Source: Tubulanus polymorphus (Eukaryota > Animalia > Nemertea). From it: a stretch of 64,000 nucleotides of DNA. Position numbers and translations under genes: made by a program. Below, in pieces: positions 36,535-50,187 of the stretch; position 1 is the stretch's first letter; every line of letters starts with the position of its first letter. The stretch is taken from positions 14,632,001 to 14,696,000 of the forward strand of contig NC_134025.1 of assembly GCF_964204645.1 (NCBI RefSeq), given 5' to 3'. A model generated the notes under the pieces. That model was given only the letters and a program-made list of their open reading frames with translations. It did no database searches and was not told the origin of the DNA.

Positions 36535-38256
36535 TTTTTCAGTCCACTTGGGACTTTAGTCCCAGCGGGCTTATTGCGTTCACTTTTCGTCCGTCTGTCC
36601 GTCCATAGACGGAATCCAGTTATTTTGGGAAGTTTTGAAGACGCTTCAAGGTAATGTCTTGATATTTGGTTTATACATGTATCTACCCTAGACACATCGT
36701 CAGCCCAAAAACTGGCCCTGTCAGATTCAAGATGGCCGACTGGCAGCCATTGTTTCTTTGCCAAAATCAGCACTTTTTAAACATTTTCGAAATTTTCGTG
36801 GGAAATTCTGATGACGCTTCGATCAATTACCTTGATCTTTCGTTTATATTTGAATCTACCAAAGGCCCATCAGCATATGAAAATTGGGTCGATCTGACTC
36901 AACATGGCCGTCCTATGACCTTTTTAGTGCCCAAAAACGTCAATTTTGGCCAGAATTCTAGGTCCTGTAGCTTCCTACTGGTTTGCCATTTCTCATTGCA
37001 ATTGCTGATGGGTATTCTTTAGAGAGGGATGTTTTATACCTGGGACAGGTATTTTTGATCAGCCAATTATGACGCAATTGGCGGCCATCTTGGTGTCATC
37101 AGTACTCATTCGTAGGTGGGAAAAAGTTTTTCCACATTAAATTGATACCTAAGCATATTGTGTTACTATATTCAATTGGAAAGTTGTAGCCCATAACGTG
37201 TTCTATGATTTTAGTGAGTTTCAAGGTCATTGGTTTTTGTATGTGGCCATCAGTGGGCGTTGAATAATACAATAACTTAGTATTGCTATATTATATTTGT
37301 ACCAAGGCATATTTTGTTACCATGATCGATTGCAAAGTTGTTGTTCATGACATCGTCTATGATTGTGGTGAGTTTTTAAGGACATTAGTTATTCCATAAA
37401 GTCACCAGGGGGCGTTGAATAGTAGAAAAGCTTAGTTTTTCCTTATTAGATTGGTACCTAGGCATAGTTTGTTACCATGATCCATTGTAAAGTTGTAGTT
37501 CATGACATCGTCTATGATTGTGGTGAGTTTTTGAATAGTAGAATGGCTAAGTATTTCCTTATTAGATTGGTACCTAGGCATATTTTGTTACTATGATCAA
37601 TTGCAAAGTTGTATGTCATGACATGTACTACGATTGTGGTGAGTTTTAAGGGCATTGGGTTTTGCATATGGTCACCAGGGGGCATTGAATAGTAGAATAA
37701 CCGCGACAATTCATTATTGTGGTTTTATCGCCCGTGACAATTCATTATCTTTGTTTTGTCGCCAGTGACAATTCAATATTTTGGTTTTGTCACCAGCGAC
37801 AATTCATAATTTTGGTTTTATTGCCCGTGGTTTTGTCGTTATTAGTTATTCCATATGGTCACCAGGGGCATTGAAAAGTAGAATAACTTAGTATTTCCTT
37901 ATTATATTGGTGCCTAGGCATATTTTGTTAACATGATCAATTGCAAAGTTGTAGTTCATCACATGTTCTATGATTGTGGCGAGTTTCAAGGTCATTGGTT
38001 TTGTATATGGTCACCAGGGGGCGTTGAATTGTAGAATAACTTAGTATTTCCATATTAAATTGGTAACGAGGCATATTTTGTTATCACAATCAATTACAAA
38101 ATCGTAGCAAATGACGTGTTCTATGATTGTGGTGAGTTTCAAGGTCATTGGTTTTTGTATATGGTCACCAGAGGACGTTGAATATTGAAATGGTTAGATT
38201 GTTGAGCATTCGAAACCACTTCCCAAGTGGGCATGGTGTCTCTGGACCCCTAGTTT
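36535..38256 (+). mobile_element. Helentron-like family B, full-length, with a short satellite patch at ~37702-37840
   Basis: tttttcagtccacttgggactttagtcccag..(gtcc)n start; cccaagtgggcatggtgtctctggacccctagttt end. Confidence 0.72.
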
Positions 38257-39835
38257 GTCAGAATGAAGAAAAGTTTTGGTTCAAACAAAACGCTTATTGT
38301 TCGATCAAACAGAATAGTTATCATTCCCACAAGATTTTCTTGTGGGAACATTAAAGTTTTTGGTCGAACGGCGTGTTAAGGTCGTTTCGGAAATTTACTC
38401 GGTGTGGTATATTTTGGATTACTGTGTATGTCATTTGTCAGGACATTAAACAGAAGACGACTTAGGATACTACCTTGCGTGACTCCACTAGTTAGACCGA
38501 CTAATTCCCAGATGAGGCGTTCCGTTGATTTTGGCTACAAGTTTTCGTCAGAGATAACTGCTGAGCCATTTGAGTGCCCTATCATTGATAATGTTTCCTA
38601 ATAGCTTGTTTAGTATTGGCTGATGTTGTGCCTTATCAAATGCTTTGTCGAAATCCACCGTTGAACAGGATTCTAAGACTGTGCAGAAAACCCGTTATCG
38701 CTGCTTTGCAGCTATATTTATTAGGGTTTTCTGTTACGTCACAGAAAACCCTATTGAGATTCGCGTGTTTCTTATTATTAGGGTTATCTGTTATTTCACA
38801 GAAAACCCTATTGATATCCGCGTGATTATTATTATTATTATTTTCTTCCACACTATTTTTACCAAAAGAACATAGGCTTTGTTACCTTACCGCTGTTTCA
38901 CATACAATCCATATAATATCGTTCAGCTCACTGAGATCTACAAATAGCCCGCGTGTTTTTTCACGAATCATCGTTACAAATGCGCTGTCGGGCTGTAAAC
39001 ATCGAAAATTTAGCCCCATTCAATGGGGCGACATGTTTTTCGAGTCGTCATCCCGAAATCAACCCGCAGGCCGACTGTCACTTCGATTATCATTTCAAGT
39101 ATAAATGAACTAATTTATTGCCGCAGTCTTCACATTCAGTCGCGGTCTTCAAACAGTGATTTTAACAAAAGCCCATTTTCCTCATCAAATCATATTACCG
39201 ATACACTGGAAATTTACTACTTTAGATTTTAAAAGCACTGTCGAGCCGTAAACATCGACGAATCGACGTGTGTTACTACATCGACGTTCCGGGGATGAGC
39301 TGCGAGTTTCTCCTCATCATGAGAATCAAATCGAGTACAAATTAATTTATTACTACCAGTGATTTGGCTGCGGGTTTCAAGAAGTTAGTTTAACAATACC
39401 TATTTTTCTTTACCGAATTAACCGTGTATTTACTAAGATAAATCTTTAGTGTACCGGGGAATCGTAAGCCTAAACTAAACAGGCCGAAGAGATATGGCGG
39501 AGAAAAGCTGTAATGTCGACGAGGTATCAAAATAAAAGAATATATTACTTTATTCGGCCGCGGGCTTCAACCATTTATCAATACTCTATATTTCCTACAG
39601 AACATACCGATCATTGTCAAATGCACAAGGTATTTACTAAATACAAGTATATAACACACTCCTATCCGTATGCTGGACTCACACTTGACATTCGGAGTAA
39701 GCGTTCGCTGTGGGGGAAAGGAGATTGTTCGCTGTGTCGCTTGAAGTGTTTATCGAGATTTACGTGACCTTAAGGCTTTAGTATGGTGGCTGATAAGATA
39801 AAAAAACACGAATATGCAAATGAGGGCGACATTAC
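38257..39835 (+). mobile_element. Family A 3' end joined head-to-tail to a family A 5' end that leads into the large satellite
   Basis: Junction gctgctttgcagctatattt|attagggttttctg at ~38718. Confidence 0.68.
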
Positions 39836-42800
39836 GACAATTCATTTTTTTGGTTTTGTCACACGCAACAATTCAATATTTTGGTTTTATCGCCTGCGAC
39901 AATTCATTATTTTGGTTTTATCGCTTGCGATTATTCATTATTTTGGTTTTATATTTTGTTTTTGTCGCCCGCGACAATTTTTTTTTTGGTTTTGTCGCCC
40001 GCGACAATTCAATATTTTGGTTTTATCGCCCGCGATAATTCATTATTTTGGTTTTATCTCCAGCGACAATTCATTATTTTGGTTTTATCGCCCGCGACAA
40101 TTCAATATTTTGGTTTTGTCGCCCGCGATAATTCATTATTTTGGTTTTGTCGCCTGCGACAATTCATTATTTTGGTTTAGTCGCACGAGACAATTCATTA
40201 TTTTGGTTTTATCGCCCGCAACAATTCATTATTTTGGTTTTGTCGCCCGCGACAATTCAATATTTTGGTTTTATATTTTGTTTTTGTCGCCCGCGACAAT
40301 TTTTTTTTTTGGTTTTGTCGCCCGCGACAATTCAATATTTTGGTTTTATCGCCCGCGATAATTCATTATTTTGGTTTTATCGCCCCCGACAATTCATTTT
40401 TTTGGTTTTATCGCCCGCGACAATTCATTATTTTGGTTTTATCTCCAGCGACAATTCATTATTTTGGTTTTATCGCCCGCGACAATTCATTATTTTGGTT
40501 TTGTCGCCCGAGACAATGCATTATTTTGGTTTTATCGCCCGCGACAATTCAATATTTTGGTTTTGTCGCCCGCGAAAAATTCAATATTTTGGTTTTATCG
40601 CCTACGACAATTCATTACTTTGGTTTTATCGCCAGCGACAATTCATTGTTTTGGTTTTGTCGCCCGCGACAATTCATTATTTTGGTTTTATATTTTGTTT
40701 TTGTCGCCCACGACAATTTTTTTTTTGGTTTGTCGCCTGTGACAATTCATTATTTTGGTTTTATCGCCTGCGACAATTCAATATTTTGGTTTTATCGCCC
40801 GCGATAATTCATTATTTTGGATTTGTCGCCCGCGACAATTCATTATTTTGGTTTAGTCGCACGAGACAATTCATTATTTTGGTTTTATCGCCCGCAACAA
40901 TTCATTATTTTGGTTTTGTCGCCCACGACAATTCATTACTTTGGTTTTATCGTCAGCGACAATTTATTATTTACAAAACCACAAACCACAAAACCAAAAT
41001 AATGATTTGTCGCGGGCGATAAAACCGTCATAATGAATTGGTTTTGTCGCCCGCGACAATTCATTATGACGGTTCTATCGCCCGCGACAATTTATTATTT
41101 TGGTTTTGTCGCCCGCGACAATTCATTATGACGGTTTTATCGCCCGCGACAATTCATTATTTTGGTTTGGTCGCCCGCGACAATTCACCATTTTGGTTTT
41201 GTCGCCCGGGGCAATTAACCATTTTGGTTTTGTCGCCCGCGACAATTCAATATTTTGGTTTTGTAGCCGCGATAATTCATTATTTTGGTTTTATCGCCCG
41301 CGACAATTCATTATTTGGTTTTATTGCCCGCGACAAATCATTATTTTGGATTTATCGCCCGCGACAATTCATTATTTTGGTTTTATCGCCCGCGACAATT
41401 CATTATTTTGGTTTTGTCGCCCGAGAAAATTCAATATTTTGGTTTTATCGCCCGCGATAATTCATTAGTTTGGTTTTATCACCCGAGACCATTCATTATT
41501 TTGATTTTGTCGCCCGCGACGATTCAATATTTGGTTTTTGTTGCTCGAGACAATACATTATTTTGGTTTTATCGCCCGCGACAATTCAATATTTTTGTTT
41601 TATCGCCCGCGACAATTCATTAGTTTGGTTTTATCACCCGCGACAATTCATTGATTTGGTTTTGTCGCCCGTGACAATTCATTAGTTTGGTTTTGTCGCC
41701 CGCGAAAATTCAACATTTTGGTATAATTGCCCGCGAAAATTCATTATGACGGTTTTATCGCCCGCGACAATTCATTATTTTGGTTTTGTCGCCCGCGACA
41801 ATTCATTATGACGGTTCTATCGCCCGCGACAATTCATTATTTTGGTTTTGTCGCCCGCGACAATTCATTATGACGGTTTTATCGCCCGCGACAATTCATT
41901 ATTTTGGTTTGGTCGCCCGCGACAATTCACCATTTTGGTTTTGTCGCCCGGGACAATTAACCATTTTGGTTTTGTCGCCCGCGACAATTCAATATTTTGG
42001 TTTTGTAGCCGCGATAATTCATTATTTTGGTTTTATCGCCCGCGACAAATCATTATTTTGGATTTATCGCCCGCGACAATTCATTATTTTGGTTTTATCG
42101 CCCGCGACAATTCATTATTTTGGTTTTGTCGCCCGAGAAAATTCAATATTTTGGTTTTATCGCCCGCGATAATTCATTAGTTTGGTTTTATCACCCGAGA
42201 CCATTCATTATTTTGATTTTGTCGCCCGCGACGATTCAATATTTGGTTTTTGTTGCTCGAGACAATACATTATTTTGGTTTTATCGCCCGCGACAATTCA
42301 ATATTTTTGTTTTATCGCCCGCGACAATTCATTAGTTTGGTTTTATCACCCGCGACAATTCATTGATTTGGTTTTGTCGCCCGTGACAATTCATTAGTTT
42401 GGTTTTGTCGCCCGCGAAAATTCAACATTTTGGTATAATTGCCCGCGAAAATTCATTATGACGGTTTTATCGCCCGCGACAATTCATTATTTTGGTTTTG
42501 TCGCCCGCGACAATTCATTATGACGGTTCTATCGCCCGCGACAATTCATTATTTTGGTTTTGTCGCCCGCGACAATTCATTATGACGGTTTTATCGCCCG
42601 CGACAATTCATTATTTTGGTTTGGTCGCCCGCGACAATTCACCATTTTGGTTTTGTCGCCCGGGACAATTAACCATTTTGGTTTTGTCGCCCGCGACAAT
42701 TCAATATTTTGGTTTTGTAGCCGCGATAATTCATTATTTTGGTTTTATCGCCCGCGACAAATCATTATTTTGGATTTATCGCCCGCGACAATTCATTATT

Positions 42801-45800
42801 TTGGTTTTATCGCCCGCGACAATTCATTATTTTGGTTTTGTCGCCCGAAACAATTCAATATTTTGGTTTTATCGCCCGCGATAATTCATCATTTTGCTTT
42901 TATCGCCCGCGACAATTCATTATTTTGGTTTTATCGCCCGCGACAATTCATTATTTTGGTTTTGTCGCCCGCGACAATTCATTATGACGGTTTTATCGCC
43001 CGCGACAATTCATTATTTTGGTTTTGTCGCCCGCGCCAATTCACCATTTTGGTTTTATCGCCCGCGCCAATTCACCATTTTGGTTTTGGCGCCCGCGACA
43101 ATTCATTATTTTAGTTTTGTCGCCGCGACAATTTTTTTTTTTGGTTTTGTCGCCCGCGACAATTCATTAGGCGATTAAAACAAAATAATGAATTGTCGCT
43201 GACGATAAAACCAAAATAATGAATTGTCGCGGGCGATAAAACCAAAATAATGAATTGTCGCGGGCGATAAAACCAAAATAATGATTTGTCGCGGGCGATA
43301 AAACAAAAAAAGAAAATTGTCGCCGGCGACAAAAACAAAATATAAAACCAAAATAATGAATTGTCGCGGGCGACAAAACCAAAATAATGAATTGTCGCTG
43401 ACGATAAAACCAAAATGTTGAATTTTTGTGGGCGACAAAACCAAAATATTGAATTGTCGCGGGCGACAAAACCAAAAAAAAAATTCTCGCGGCGACAAAA
43501 CAAAAATGGTGAATTGTCGCGGGCGACAAAACCTAAAAAAAAAATTCTCGCGGCGACAAAACAAAAATGGTGAATTGTCGTGGGCGATAAAACCAAAATA
43601 ATGAATAGTCGCGGGCGATAAAACCAAAATAATGAATTATCGCGGCTACAAAACCAAAATATTGAATTGTCGCGGGCGACAGAACCAAACTAATGAATTG
43701 TCGCGGGCGACAACACCAAAAAAAAAATTGTCGCGGCGACAATACAAAAATAATGAATTGTCGCGGGCGAAAAAACCAAAATGGTGAATTGGCGCGGGCG
43801 ACAAAACCAAAATAATGATTTGTCGCGGGCGATAAAACAAAAAAAGAAAATTGTCCCTGGCGACAAAAACAAAATAAAAAACCAAAATAATGAATTGTCG
43901 CGGGCGATAAAACCAAAATAATGAATTGTCGCGGGCGATAAAACCAAAATAAGGAATTGTCGCAGGCGATAAAACCAAAATAATGAATTGTCGCGGGCGA
44001 TAAAAACAAAATATTGAATTGTCGCGGGCGATAAAACCAAAATGATGATTTGTCGCGGGCGATAAAACCAAAATAATGAATTGTCGCGGGCGATAAAACC
44101 AAAATAGTGAATTATCGCGGCGACAAAACAAAAATGGTGAATTGTCGCGGGCGACAACACCAAAAAAAAAATTGTCGCGGCGACAATACAAAAATAATGA
44201 ATTGTCGCGGGCGAAAAAACCAAAATGGTGAATTGGCGCGGGCGACAAAACCAAAATAATGATTTGTCGCGGGCGATAAAACAAAAAAAGAAAATTGTCC
44301 CTGGCGACAAAAACAAAATAAAAAACCAAAATATTGAATTGTCGCGGGCGATAAAACCAAAATAATGAATTGTCGTGGGCGATAAAACCAAAATAATGAA
44401 TAGTCGCGGGCGATAAAACCAAAATAATGAATTATCGCGGCTACAAAACCAAAATATTGAATTGTCGCGGGCGACAGAACCAAACTAATGAATTGATGCG
44501 GGCGACAACACCAAAAAAAAAATTGTCGCGGCGACAATACAAAAATAATGAATTGTCGCGGGCGAAAAAACCAAAATGGTGAATTGGCGCGGGCGACAAA
44601 ACCAAAATAATGATTTGTCGCGGGCGACAAAACCAAAATAATGAATTGTCGCTGACGATAAAACCAAAATGTTGAATTTTCGTGGGCGACAAAACCAAAA
44701 TACTGAATTGTCGCGGGCGACAAAACCAAACTAATGAATTGTCAAGGGCGACAAAACCAAAATAATGAATTGTCGCGGGCGATAAAACCAAAATAATGAA
44801 TTGTCGCGGGCGATAAAACCAAAATAATGAATTTTCGTGGGCGATAAAACCAAAATAATGAATAGTCGCGGGCGATAAAACCAAAATAATGAATTATCGC
44901 GGCTACAAAACCAAAATATTGAATTGTCGCGGGCGACAGAACCAAACTAATGAATTGTCGCGGGCGACAACACCAAAAAAAAAATTGTCGCGGCGACAAT
45001 ACAAAAACAATGAATTGTCGCGGGCGACAAAACCAAAATAATGATTTGTCGCGGGCGATAAAACAAAAAAAGAAAATTGTCCCTGGCGACAAAAACAAAA
45101 TAAAAAACCAAAATAATGAATTGTCGCGGGCGATAAAACCAAAATAATGAATTGTCGCGGGCGATAAAAACAAAATATTGAATTGTCGCGGGCGATAAAA
45201 CCAAAATGATGATTTGTCGCGGGCGATAAAACCAAAATAATGAATTGTCGCGGGCGATAAAACCAAAATAGTGAATTATCGCGGCGACAAAACAAAAAAG
45301 GTGAATTGTCGCGGGCGACAAAACCAAAATATTGAATTGTCGCGGGCGATTAAACCAAAATAATGAATTGTCTCGGGCGACAAAACCAAAATATTGAATT
45401 GTCGCGGGCGACAAAACCAAACTAATGAATTGTCACGGGCGACAAAACCAAAATAATGAATTGTCGCGGGCGATAAAACCAAACTAATGAATTGTCGCGG
45501 GCGACAAAACCAAAATAATGAATTGTCATGGGCGACAGAACCAAACTAATGAATTGTCGCGGGCGACAAAACCAAAATAATGAATTGTCATGGGCGACAG
45601 AACCAAACTAATGAATTGTCGCGGGCGACAACACCAAAAAAAAAATTTTCGCGGCGACAATACAAAAATAATGAATTGTCGCGGGCGATAAAACCAAAAT
45701 AATTAATTGTCGCGGGCGATAAAACCAAAATAATGATTTGTCGCGGGCGATAAAACAAAAAACGAAAATTGTCGCGGCGACAAAACAAAAATAATGAATT

Positions 45801-47475
45801 GTCGCGGGCGATAAAACCAAAATGGTGAATTGTCGCGGGCGATAAAACCAAAATAATGATTTGTCGCGGGCGATAAAACAAAAAATGAAAATTGTCGCCG
45901 GCGACAAAAACAAAATATAAAACCAAAATAATGAATTGTCACGGGCGACAAAACCAAAATAATGAATTGTCGCTGACGATAAAACCAAAATGTTGAATTT
46001 TCGTGGGCGACAAAACCAAAATATTGAATTGTCGCGGGCGACAAAACCAAACTAATGAATTGTCACGGGCGACAAAACCAAAATAATGAATTGTCGCGGG
46101 CGACAAAACCAAAAAAAAAATTCTCGCGGCGACAAAACAAAAATGGTGAATTGTCGCGGGCGACAAAGCCAAAAAAAAAATTCTCGCGGCGACAAAACAA
46201 AAATGGTGAATTGTCGCGGGCGACAAAACCAAGATAATGAATTTGCGCGGGCGATAAAACCAAAATAATGATTTGTCGCGGGCGATAAAACCAAAATAAT
46301 GAATTGTCGCTGGCGATAAAACCAAAATAACGAATTATCGCGGCTACAAAACCAAAATATTGAATTGTCGCGGGCGACAGAACCAAACTAATGAATTGTC
46401 GCGGGCGACTACACCAAAAAAAAAATTTTCGCGGCGACAATACAAAAATAATGAATTGTCGCGGGCGATAAAACCAAAATAATTAATTGTCGCGGGCGAT
46501 AAAACCAAAATAATGATTTGTCGCGGGCGATAAAACAAAAAAAGAAAATTGTCGCCGGCGACAAAAACAAAATATAAAACCAAAATAATGAATTGTCGCG
46601 GGCGACAAAACCAAAATAATGAATTGTCGCTGACGATAAAACCAAAATGTTGAATTTTCGTGGGCAACAAAACCAAAATACTGAATTGTCGCGGGCGACA
46701 AAACCAAACTAATGAATTGTCAAGGGCGACAAAACCAAAATAATGAATTGTCGCGGGCGATAAAACCAAAATAATGAATTGTCGCGGGCGATAAAACCAA
46801 AATAATGAATTTTCGTGGGCGATAAAACCAAAATAATGAATAGTCGCGGGCGATAAAACCAAAATAATGAATTATCGCGGCTACAAAACCAAAATATTGA
46901 ATTGTCGCGTGCGACAGAACCAAACTAATGAATTGTCGCGGGCGACAACACCAAAAAAAAAATTGTCGCGGCGACAATACAAAAACAATGAATTGTCGCG
47001 GGCGACAAAACCAAAATGGTGAATTGGCGCGGGCGACAAAACCAAAATAATGATTTGTCGCGGGCGATAAAACAAAAAAAGAAAATTGTCCCTGGCGACA
47101 AAAACAAAATAAAAAACCAAAATAATGAATTGTCGCGGGCGATAAAACCAAAATAATGAATTGTCGCGGGCGATAAAACCAAAATAATGAATTGTCGCGG
47201 GCGATAAAACCAAAATAATGAATTGTCGCGGGCGATAAAACCAAAATAATGAATTGTCGCGGGCGATAAAAACAAAATATTGAATTGTCGCGGGCGATAA
47301 AACCAAAATGATGATTTGTCGCGGGCGATAAAACCAAAATAATGAATTGTCGCGGGCGATAAAACCAAAATATTGAATTGTCTCAGGCGACAAAACCAAA
47401 ATAATGAATTGTCGCGGGCGATAAAAACAAAATATTGAATTGTCGCGGGCGACAAAACCAAAGAAAAAAATTGCC
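39835..47475. repeat. 7.6-kb 31-bp satellite array with a 712-bp higher-order repeat and orientation switches (~40972-41040, ~43170)
   Basis: Direct inspection; near-identical conceptual translations offset by 712 bp (41470/42182, 41780/42492, 42027/42739). Confidence 0.96.
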
Positions 47476-48099
47476 ATACAAACGAGAAAACATCCGATAG
47501 AATAACTTTTTGAACCATTAAATCAAAGATCTGTTGACGCTATGTTGTAGGGAAAAATCAAAACATTATTTTAAGCTGTGTAAGACGTTTTAAGTGAATG
47601 GAGTTTCAAATTGACGTAACTACGAAAATGAGAAGCGTCGGCGCTATTTTTACCTTACGACTTTCGATCCATTTAAAAACCTCCCTCCTTCCCTGTTGAG
47701 TTGAATTTCCTCCTTCTTATTCACCGTAACGAAACCTATACGTACCCCCAAAGAAATTCCGCTACTCAAGGGACCAAAAATCCATACTATCCAGGACCAG
47801 AATTCCATAGAGAGGTCAAGAGAAACAAATAGATTGAATGAGACTTCCTTAAGGTCGATTACAACACTGATTTATTCTGAACATACACTCACACAAATGA
47901 TATCGAGATCACATTACATCACATCTCTTAAACACATCTCTTTAACAATTGGCTCAAATCTAGTAAAAAACCTGCACAGGAATTTTCAAAGGAGTTCTAT
48001 GGAATCACAGAATACACAACACACATGAATAAAACTGCAATGTAGATAGAACCATAAATGCCAAATGATACATTTGCAAAAAAACATGTAATCAACTTA

Positions 48100-48946
48100 T
48101 CATGCAAACTCTTCATCGCTAAATTCAAGTTTCACTACTATCAAATAGATGGCAGTTACAAGACCAGTTAAACCAAGGATCCAGCTTTGGTAAGAACATC
48201 CGTACAAGAAAAACCAATTTATTGGCAAGAGAAATACGACAAGCCTATCAGTAAGTGGATTTTTCTTCAGCCAAAACACCGAGAAAAGAACAACATATAT
48301 TGGGAAAGTCGCAATTATAAGTATGAGCTCAAATACCCCATGTGCAACTCGCAAGCCATTGTGTGTATACCAGATATTATTCTTCAAAATGGTTGAAACT
48401 AATAGAGCAGATATAGATGTAATCATGATTGGGAGACCTTGATTCTGTTTGGTAAGACGTTGCATGGTGATTGAGTCCCTCATAAGAAGATAAAATGTGA
48501 GTGAAGATACAGCAACCTGAAAAAAATAAGGACAGATATAAGATGTATATCTTATAAAGAGCTAAGGATGAGGATGACGAATACTGGGCATTTGGGGAAA
48601 ATCATTCGTATTAACGAAAATTGGTAATAGTTGCCCATTGATTCCAAGCTCGGCCTTATGTGCCCGGTTCGATGAAGGCATATATGTACACCACATATCT
48701 GAATAATGAAAATAAAGACATAAAACGAAATAACACCTTTTTTCAAAATTCATTCAATTGTTGATCCATTAAAATCTTTGGAACAATGTCTAATTATGTT
48801 ATTGTTACACGCTGCATGAATAATGTCCGATAACAGGTAATCCACTTGATCAGCAATCATATTAACCGCATAGATTTATTAAGGAAATGAGGCATAGGGA
48901 CCGAAAATTATCATCGTTTTAACAATTTTTTTCGTAACATCATTCG

Positions 48947-49000
<54 letters not shown>

Positions 49001-49450
49001 GGCATCTCGTAGCAACGAGGTTCTGTTGTTTTGACTTTTGGGTCTTTAGGAAATCGTTCTCACTTACCCAAGCATCCCAGGCCCCAATCGGACAAGCCAG
49101 ACACAAAAATATAAACAGATGCAATGTGTAGAGATTTCCTATCAACGGTAATTTCGATGACTTGTATCCTCCTTTAACACTCAGATCCAAAGCCTAATTT
49201 GAGGAAAAAATGGTTGATGATGCTCATGAAATGAGAAATCATAATGAATTAAATATGTGTTGCTAAATTTAATGCAATTAGTCAACTTACTCTGTCGGTT
49301 AGTGAATGGACTTTTATAAGAATTGCTGGTAAACCGCACATAATAATCAATAATCTCAGCGCAGGTAAATGACAGAGTTCATGTGCGGATGTTATTGACC
49401 ACAGGCCAGGCATCAGAATACATACACCAATTACAAACAGCGCACATGTC
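48100..49450 (-). CDS. Last three exons (49291-49450, 49068-49193, 48100-48516) of an unidentified host multi-pass membrane protein gene
   Basis: Polypyrimidine-AG acceptors, GTAAGT donors and phase-compatible joins giving ..TCALFVIGVCILMPGLW..LTDR|ALDLSVKGG..AWDAW|VAVSSLTFYLLMRD..DEEFA*. Confidence 0.65.
48946..49000. repeat. (TACA)n(TA)n microsatellite
   Basis: Seen directly; lies in the inferred last intron. Confidence 0.9.
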
Positions 49451-50187
49451 CTTTAAGAAAAATATCATAATTACAGTGTTGTTATTATCATGTATCGATG
49501 GAGATCTCCAAGGCAAGGAAAGGGTAGATGTATTTACATTTGGCAAACATATTATTCATTTAGTACATACGCACATAAGGGAGGGAGCGGAGGGGGAATT
49601 AAAGAGCACTCAAGGAGAGAGGGGGCAATATCTGTACAGTACAGACCACAATCTTTTTCTGAATACGCCAGAAGAGAGAAAAATTGAGTTGAATGTAACG
49701 AGGTGTTGGTTCAGCCTGCCATACATTAGAAATATTCACTAAATATCGATTCCAAAAGCCTCAAAACCCCCGAGGACTCATCACAATTGATAGGGAATGA
49801 ATAAAACCAGTATCAATGACCAACCCCAGTATCCCTGTATAATAAACAAGATGTCCATAGACATACAGACTTGGTCGAGATAATCGGAAGTTCCAGTTTG
49901 GGAAAACCATGATGGTGCGGGGTCTTATAATAGTTGTATAGTTAACTATTCTACTATTCTACTTCCCTATTCTACTATCCTTACATTTCTTTAGAATAGT
50001 TAACTATTCTACTATTCTTTAGGGTTAGGGTTTAGAAAATGTCAACTAGAGGGTAAAGAGGTTAGGGTTTAGTGGATTAGGGTTTAGAGGGTTAGGGTTT
50101 AGAGGTTTAGGGTTTAGTGGATTAGGGTTTAGAGGTTAGGGTTTAGGTTTTAGAGGGTTAGGTTTTAGAGGGTTAGGGTTTAGATAA

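Noticed and set aside
39835-47475. 31-bp repeats as a CRISPR array
   Set aside because: Units are contiguous with no unique spacers, there are no cas genes, and the context is eukaryotic.
19379-47518. Many MVLSPATIHYFGF-type ORFs
   Set aside because: Artefacts of translating the stop-poor strand of the satellite in all three frames.
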